NCBI GenBank assembly: GCA_965226585.1
Contig: OZ245366.1
Span: 1,230,549 to 1,294,548, forward strand
Source: Thermodesulfobacteriota bacterium
GTDB taxonomy: Bacteria > Desulfobacterota_D > UBA1144 > Nemesobacterales > Mycalebacteriaceae
DNA length: 64,000 nt
Direction: 5' to 3'
In this document: positions 1-8,000 of the stretch, one piece after another
Position numbering within the stretch: position 1 is the first letter of the stretch
Layout of the letters: every line of letters starts with the position of its first letter
Made by a program: the position numbers and the translations under genes
The notes under the pieces: model-generated
Told to the model about the DNA's origin: nothing
The model's database searches: none
What the model saw: the letters and a program-made list of their open reading frames with translations, nothing else

Positions 1-740
1 GGCGCGATATACACAACCGCATGCCCGGAGTTGTCAACCGAGAGAGCGGCATCATCAGAACCCGCAAGGGTAACCTCGCCCAAACCGTCAAGGGCAAGAT
101 ATACAACACCCGTTTCAAAACGCGGGGCGAATGAAAACCTGTCATCGCCGAAAGCCCTCTGAACCGCTCCAACCGCCGCCCATGTTCGCACATCGTTAAG
201 ACCGCGATACCTGTTGCCCGTTTCGCTTCGGGTCATATCCCATTCCGTTTGCGTGAGAGAAATACGGAAATCCGCGTCCACTATGTTTGCCACCGGAAAG
301 GCGGCGGTGATTGCCGCGAGATAACGGCTTGCGTCTGCGTCCGCTTTTGTGGCGGTTCCGCGACCGGCAACGTCAAGGTCAAAATCCAGAATTTCGTAAC
401 CAATGCCGAAAGTAACCGCCGCCCAAGGCAGGGGAAACTGAACGCCGCCGTTAAAGGTGTAGGCGTCTTCGTTCCAGTTTAGGGTTTTTTCGTGTTTTGA
501 AATCCGCGCTCCGCCGCCCGCCCATACGCAGATGCCGGTTTTAAGTTCCGCGCTTTCCCCCATTCCGCAACCGTCAAGCAGGGAAACGCCGAATTGTCTG
601 TCTGAGTGGTAGCCCGATTGGACAAAGGCGTCATAGAGCAGAAGCCCTCCTTCATCGCCGCTTGCGGGGGCTGTGTGGATTAAGGTTGTAAAAATAAGCG
701 CGAGGAGCGCAACTCCGAAAGAGGTGTCAAAACGCAACAT
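1..740 (-). CDS. Stand-alone autotransporter-type beta-barrel protein with signal peptide, no passenger (3' end truncated by window edge)
   Basis: Not in the ORF track; translated by hand from ATG at 740: MLRFDTSFGVALLALIFTTLIHTAPASGDEGGLLLYDAFVQSGYHSDRQF...CGMGESAELKTGICVWAGGGAR...EDAYTFNGG...PRFETG. Open to base 1 and colinear with the barrel domains of the other paralogs. Confidence 0.85.
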   Translation of the reverse strand, partial: MLRFDTSFGVALLALIFTTLIHTAPASGDEGGLLLYDAFVQSGYHSDRQFGVSLLDGCGMGESAELKTGICVWAGGGARISKHEKTLNWNEDAYTFNGGVQFPLPWAAVTFGIGYEILDFDLDVAGRGTATKADADASRYLAAITAAFPVANIVDADFRISLTQTEWDMTRSETGNRYRGLNDVRTWAAVGAVQRAFGDDRFSFAPRFETGVVYLALDGLGEVTLAGSDDAALSVDNSGHAVVYIA

Positions 741-1782
741 TAACTCTGCCTCTGAACCCGTGCACGAAAGTCTCAAACGAAGAACTCGCGCTGCCGTCAT
801 ATTCAAACCGCAGGTTCACCCTGCCGCCTTCATCGGCTACAAAATTCATTCCCAAGCCGTAGTCATACATTACGCGCTCAATTGTTCCGTTTGCTCTGAG
901 AGAATCGCCTCCGGCGGCGGCTCCCTTCCAGCGGGTTTCAGGGTAGTAAGTGGAAAGTATCTGCGCCCCGGCTTTGCCGAAAAGATTCATGAAATCCGTT
1001 ACGGGGTACTCAATGCCAAGCGAAGGGTTCAGGTATATCAAAAACTCACTCGTGTCTTCAAATGTAATGGCATTGTCCGCATCAGAACTTCCTTCCGCTT
1101 CCTCGCTGAAAGCGTCAACGGAAAGGTATGCCATTCCGATTTCAAAACGCGGGACCAAAACAAAGTCTCCCGCGAGAACGGGTTTTTCCACCCCGCCCGC
1201 GATTGACACGGTTCTCAAATCAGGCGATGCCGTGTAAGAGTCGCTTCCCGATGCGCGGCGGGTGTCCATTTCGGTTTGCGCTATTTGAATACGCATATCC
1301 GCGTCCATAGTGTTCAGGATGTATCTTGTGCCTTGTATTCCGGCGATAAATCTGTCTGTTGTCAGCCCGGCTTTGTCGGCTTGTCCGACTGCTTCAGAGT
1401 CAAAGTTTGAGGATTCGTAGGAGATGCCGAAATCTATTTCCGCGAAAGAAAATGGCGCGGAAACTCCGCCGGTGAATGAGTAGGCGTCTTCGTCGTATTC
1501 AAGCGAGGTGTTGTGGCGTGTGTATCTTGCGCCGGCTGAACCCCAGACGCACAATCCGCCGCCCATAAAACCTGTTTCGTCTGTTTCTGTGTCAGCTCCG
1601 GCGAGACAGCCGGATTTAAGTCTGCTTCCGAAAGCGGAGTCAGCATAAAACCCTGATTGTATGAGAGGGTCATAGACAAGCAGTTCGCCGTCTTGAGTCT
1701 GAGCCGCCGAGTTATGGGCGGCGAACCCGATTACAAGCAAAAGAAGGGCGATTATCGCGCCGTTTAGCCGAAAAGAAATCAT
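727..1782 (-). CDS. Stand-alone autotransporter-type beta-barrel protein with signal peptide, no passenger
   Basis: ORF 727..1815; ATG at 1782 preferred (AGGAG about 11 nt upstream). Hydrophobic leader ending AHNSAA-Q, then YDPLIQSG..C..GLCVW motif, amphipathic strands and terminal VNVAF. Confidence 0.85.
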   Translation of the reverse strand: MISFRLNGAIIALLLLVIGFAAHNSAAQTQDGELLVYDPLIQSGFYADSAFGSRLKSGCLAGADTETDETGFMGGGLCVWGSAGARYTRHNTSLEYDEDAYSFTGGVSAPFSFAEIDFGISYESSNFDSEAVGQADKAGLTTDRFIAGIQGTRYILNTMDADMRIQIAQTEMDTRRASGSDSYTASPDLRTVSIAGGVEKPVLAGDFVLVPRFEIGMAYLSVDAFSEEAEGSSDADNAITFEDTSEFLIYLNPSLGIEYPVTDFMNLFGKAGAQILSTYYPETRWKGAAAGGDSLRANGTIERVMYDYGLGMNFVADEGGRVNLRFEYDGSASSSFETFVHGFRGRVNVAF

Positions 1783-1874
1783 AATGAGAGTTTCTCCTGC
1801 GAGAGTGGTTGCCAATTTTCGCCTAAAAAGAGGCGAATATCAAGGGGAAATGTGGAAATACAACCTTCCCCCGC

Positions 1875-2072
1875 CATTCCGTTGCCTCCCTCCGTCATTC
1901 CGTTGCCTACCCTCCCTCATTCCGTTGCCTCCCTTCCGTCATTCCTGCGGAAGCAGGAATCCAGTATTGGTTAACCAGTTGAATACTGGATTCCGTGTCA
2001 AGCACGGAATGACGGAAGGGAGACAAGCGCGGAATGACGTGGGTGGCGTGTGTCAACAAGCACGGAATGACG
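1875..2072. repeat. CGTC-tagged palindromic (REP-dimer-like) element, core 1937..2014, with flanking partial units
   Basis: CGTCATTCCTGCGGAAGCAGGAAT-CCAGTATT..AATACTGG-ATTCCGTGTCAAGCACGGAATGACG; three CATTCCGTTGCC units on the left and two GGAATGACG units on the right. Confidence 0.9.
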
Positions 2073-2099
2073 GAATTGGGAAGTGAAGGACGGCGGTTA

Positions 2100-5000
2100 C
2101 TAAAACGCCAGGTTTAGCCTTCCGGTGAAGGAGTGCACAAACGTTTTGAATGAAGAACTCATCCCGCCGTCATATTCAAAACTCGCGCTCACTGCTCCGG
2201 CGCCGTCAGATGAGAAATTAAACTCCATTCCGCCGCCGTAGGTGTGGGTGGAACGCTCAAGGGTTCCGTCAACCTGTGTGGGGTCGTCTTTTATCTTTAA
2301 CAGCGACTCATGCGTCTTGTTCAAAAGTATGTTGCTTCCGGCTTTTGCCCACACATCCACAAACTGCTGGGCGGGGTAGCGGAACTCTATTGACGGGGCG
2401 GTGAAGATAAACAACTTGTTCTCACCCTCAACGGCTATGCCGTCAAATCCGCTCTCTGTTATTGAATCCATCGCAACATGCGATAATCCCAACTCAAGGC
2501 GCGGAGTTATGTAAATCCCGCCCACTACTGACACTCTTTCAATTCCTGCGGTTGATGACAACGCCCTCAAACGGGGAGACGAAACGGCTTCCTGCTGAAC
2601 ACGGTTTGATTCCACATCGGAACGGCCTACCTGAATCCCAATATCAGCAATGAAAAGATTGGCTACCGGTCTTGACGCGCCAACTCCCACCATAAAACGC
2701 TCAACTTCCGCTTTCGTTTTTACATCAGCGCCTCTCACGCCTATGTCAAAGTTTGATGTCTCATATCCGCCCGCGATGGTAACTCCCGCAATGGCAAACG
2801 GTATGGATATTCCGCCCGAAAAAGTGAAAACATCTTCCTTGTATTCAAGCGTCCGCTTGTGGCTCACACTCCGCGAGCCGGTTGTCGCCCATGCGCATCC
2901 GCCGCCCGCCATCTCTTCAACTTCGCCCTCTGTTGAACCGCAACGCCCTCTCAGTTTTGACGCGAATGCCCTGTCTGTGTGCCACGCCGATTGTATGAAC
3001 GCATCGTAAGGCAGTAAGTTTCCGCCCGCTCCGCCCGGAGAAGCCAGACGGCTGAAACGTATCAGCAGGTCAAAGTCTTCATTAAATCTTGCCGAACCGC
3101 CGACTTTTGCCATTATGTTTGCGACCCTTGCCAGAACACTGTCGCGATTGCCGGAAGACAGAGACGCGGTTGTGTAAAGCGTGTAGTCAAGTTCCGTTGA
3201 GGCGTTGCTTGTTCCCATTATTGTCAAACTTGTTGCCAAGTCATCCGGTGAAACCGCCGCGCCGAGGTTAAAAATTGTCGCCGCGCCCGCCACGGTTACG
3301 CCTTCAGAGTCCGCCGCCGGTGTGAAGTCAACCGCCAGTATGCTTTGTCCTCTGAACAACGCTCTTTCAAGACCTGTAATTGTGTCATCCGCGCTGACTG
3401 TAAGCGTTCCGGTGGTTTCAAACGTGTCTGCGCCCGCGCCGAAGTCTATAACTCCCGCTCCCGCAAGCGTCAGCCTGCCATCGTTGTTGAAGGTGTCTGC
3501 GCCCGTGCCCATTTCCACCGTTGCGCCGCCGGGGGCAAGTGTCAAAACTCTTGAGCCAAGATTGTTGAAGGTGTCGTCTCCGCCTTTCATATCCACAACG
3601 CCCGTGAAGGTTCCGGTGTTGTTGAAGATGTCGCCGCTGCCTCCCATGTATGTGTCTCCGTCTATTTCGCCGTCATTTTGTATCTCGCCCGCGCCCGTTC
3701 CGGTCATGTTCACGGCAAACCAGGCTCCACTGACAAACGTGCCCGCGCCAATCTCAAGTGTCATATTTCCGCCGTCTGATTTGGCGTATATCCCGCGCGT
3801 TCCGCGCGGTGTTGCGCCGTTGCCCGAAACGCGGCTTCCTGAACCGCTTAATGTAATTGCCACATCTCCGCCGTCAGATTCGGCATATATTCCGTATGCT
3901 CTCGCGTCGCCCCTCGACTCGCCCCGGGCAGTTACATTCGCGCCGTTTGCCACCGTAACACTCACATCTCCGCCTGTTGCGGTTGATGCGTTGACGGTTG
4001 CCGCTTCCTGGCTTACCGTCCACACTTCCGTGCCGGAAAGAACAAGGTTTGTTTCCACTCTAATCGCGTCTGCGCCGGGGCTGTTTGACCACACTTTCAC
4101 ATTGCCGACTGTTGCCGTTCCGCCAGCCGGGGCGAAAACACTTGCCACTTTCGCGGCTGATTGGATTGTTCCGTGTGTCCAAATCTCTCCCGTTCCGTCT
4201 CCCGTGATTGTAATATCCGCCGTGCGGGGAGCCACTGATGAAATCCCGTATCTTCCTGAGCCGCCGATTCCGGAGGTGGAGGCGCCGGCATCAGACCGCA
4301 CTTTTCCGCCGCCCGTAATGCTCACCGTATCCGCTTCAATGGTGTTGCTTGTTCTTCCACTGCTCCACACCAGCGAGCCGCCGCTGACGGTAACTGTGCC
4401 CGCTCTGACAGCTTTTCCGCCGGCAACGGATTGCGCAGACACGATTGCGCCACTGTAAATATCTGCGGTTTGCGCGATGATTGCCACGCCTCTTGGACCT
4501 CTTGCAATCACTCTTGAGTCGTCAACCACTACCCTTCCGGTTGCGTTTATGGTTGTGCCGTCTCCCGAAGAATGGGAATCCTTCCGCACTGTTGAGTCGC
4601 CGGTAACGTTCACAGACGCCGCCGCGATAACGTTGGTTGAGAAACCTGCCGTTGAAACCGTAGAGGCGTCAACATTCACGTGCCCTGTTGCATAGACCGA
4701 TATGACTCTATCGGTAGCACTGTTGGACAAGACATTTGACCCGTCCGTGATATCTACATTTCTCGCGTTGACTGTTATTCCGCGGGTTCCGGTTGTCCAC
4801 ACATTTGACCCGCTGATACTCACACTTGAGGTAGTCGCGTGGATGGCTCTTTTAGATCCATCCCCGTCAGCCCACACATTTGAGCCGGTAACATTTACAT
4901 TTGTGCCATACGACCATAACGCCCAACCGTCTCTCGCCCACACCTGCGAATCGGTTATGTCCACGCCTGCCGCCCAAACGGCTATACCTTCTGATTCAGT

Positions 5001-8000
5001 CCGCACATTTGAACTGGTTATATTCACGTGTGCTGTTCGTCCCCTTATTGCCGTTGACGAACCGGTTCCACCCTGTACCCAAACATTGGAACCGGTAACA
5101 TTCACAACTTGCCCCGACCCCGCTTCCGCGTTAATTGCCGCGCTGGTGTCGCCTCTTGCCCACACTGTTGAGCCGTTGAAAACTTCTATCGTTCGCCCTC
5201 TGATTCCGTCTGACCGTGCCGCGTTCCCCAACACATTTGCCCCGCTGATGATTACTCTTCCCGCTTCCGCAACAATGGCTCCGGTTTGAGATATGTTTGT
5301 CCACACATTCGCGCTGTTGTGCACTTCCACCGTTCCGGTGGATGTAAAGATTCCGTCCGCCGTGCCGCCGTCCGACCACACACTTGAGTCGTCAACAAAC
5401 ACACTTCCTCTGAACGATGTAATGGCGGCGTTTGCCCCGCCGTTTGCCCATACCATTGCCTTGTTGAATATCCGCGCCGTTTGCGCGTCCACGCCGTTTC
5501 CTGCCGATTCCGTCCAAACTTGCGCTCCGTTCACGGTTGCCGTTCCGGTGGCAAAAACCGCGCTGCTTGCCGCGCCGTTAATCCACACTTTCGCCCCGCT
5601 CACTATTTCCGCCGTTCCCGCCGCAACCGCGTCCATATCCGGGCCGCTTCCCTGCGCCCAAACCTCTGTGCCTGTGCCGTTGACCACCGCCAGAACAGTC
5701 GCGACAATCGCCGAGCCGCCATTTTCAACCGCCCAAACTTTTGCGCCGTTATAGACGCGAGTCGTGTCCGCCGTTATCGCGTTGGTTATCCCTAAGGTGT
5801 TAGTCCACACTTGCGCGCCGCCGTCCACTATTGCGGTTGCCGCCCGTATCGCGTCCGTTCCGTTGTGTGTCCACACTTGGGAAGAGGAGTTGATGAAAGC
5901 GGATTGCGCTATAACGGCTCTGCTTCCCGCGCCGTTTGACCATACTTTAGAACTGCTTTCGGTTACCGTTTTAGTTCCGTTGATTGCTTCTCCGGTCTCG
6001 CCTTCCGCCCAAACTTCGGAGCCGGTAACGGTTGCCTCGCCTGAGGTAATGGCGATGCTGTTCTCGCCTTCCGCCCAAACTTTTGAGCCGCTCCGAACCA
6101 CCGTTCCGGTAGAGTTGATTGAGTTGCTGTCTATGCTCTCCGTCCACACTTCGGAACTGTCAACGGTTACGACTGAATCGGCGGAAGTGGCGGAAATCGC
6201 GTTGCTTGTTGAGCCGTTTGCCCAAACCTTCGCGCCGTCTATAATTCTCACATCAGCCGTAATAGCGGATGAAAAATCTCTCGCCCTGATTGATGATGAA
6301 GTGCCGCCTTCCGACCACACTTCCGAGTTTCTGACGGTTACAACCCGTCCGGTGATCGCGCTACTGCTTACGCCGTTCGCCCATACCTTTGCGCCATTGG
6401 TAACGGTAACTCCGAGGGAGGCGGTGGCCGGGATGGTATCCTGAATTGATATGGAACTGCCGCCTTCCGTCCACACTTCCGCGCCGTTGACGATTATGTC
6501 ATTTCCGGCGACCGCTCTGCTTCGGCTTCCGTTTGACCATACTTTCGCGCCGTTTTCAATAGTTGCTCTCTCGAAAACTACGACTGCGTTGGTGTCTGCG
6601 CCTAATGTCCACACATTTGAGCCGTTGACGATTACACCACTGCCGCCGCCCCCGGTAATGGCGCTGGCTCTTATCATGTTTGCCCACACATTTGAGCCGT
6701 TGTAGATTCCCGTGGTTCCTCTGCCGATTGCAAGCGCGGCGTAGCCCACAGCGTCTGTCCATATATCGGAGTTGTCAACGGTTGCCGTTTGCGCCCTCAA
6801 AGCCGTGCGGCTACTGCGGTTAGACCACACCTTGGATTCGTTGAAAATATCCACATGGCTTGCTCTCGCGACTATTCCGTTCGCGTCTGTTCCTTCCGCC
6901 CACACCTGCGAGCCGTTGACGGTTACACTGCCCGCTCTGAATTCGGTTACAGTAATGGCTGAGCCGCCCGTGCCGTTAGCCCATACTTTCGCGTTGTTTT
7001 CAACATCCACACTCGCGCCGCTGATTAATCTGATTGCGTCACGGATTGCGCCTTCCCTCCACACTTCCGCGTTGTTGACTTTTACGGATGACGTGCTTCC
7101 GGTCGCGTAAAGAGCTTCGGATGAACTGCCGTTAGACCATACTTTCGCGCCGTTTTCTACGATTATCTCGCCGCCGTCTCTCGTATATACCGTCCAACCG
7201 CTGCCGCCGGTAGTCCATACCTCTGTGCCACTGCCGTTGACTCTTACATCAGAGCCGCCGCGTGTTTCAATTGCTGTGGCGGCGATAGTGTTAGCCCAAA
7301 CTTTTGACCCGTTGTACACGCTCACCGAACCCCCGCCGAGTGAAAGGGCTGCATAAGAGCCGGCCGCCGCCGACCAAACCTCTGTGCCCGTGCCGTCAAC
7401 GGTTACGGTGCTTGAGTTAATGGTTACCGCGCTCGCGCCGTTAGACCAAACTTTTGACCCGCCGTACACACCCACACCCACAGAGCCTGAACTGCCGATT
7501 GTCTGAGAGGGCGCGCCCGCACCGCCGCCTTGCGTCCATACGTTTGACCCGCCGTTGATTGTTACGGTTGTAGCGTTAATGGCTTGCGATGATGTGCCGT
7601 TAGCCCATACCTCGGAACCGTTGACGTTCACCTGCCTGCCGAGAATACCGTTGCTTCTGACTCCGTTTGCCCCAACCTTTGAGCCGTTCACAACATTCAC
7701 CGTGCTTCCGGTCGCGTCTATTGCTTTACCGAAACTGCCGTTAGACCACACTTGCGAGCCGTTGATATCTACCCTGCCTCCGCCGGAGATTGCGCTAATG
7801 GCTGAACTGCTCGTGCTGCCGTCAGACCACACTTTCGCGTTGTTTTCAACATCCACACTCGCCCCGCTGATTGATGTGATTGCTCTACTGCTTCCGCCGC
7901 TCTGCCACACTTCCGCGTTGTTGACTTTTACGGATGAACCGCTTCCGGACGCATAAATGGTGTCTACTGCGGAACTGCCGTTAGACCAAACTTTCGCTTC

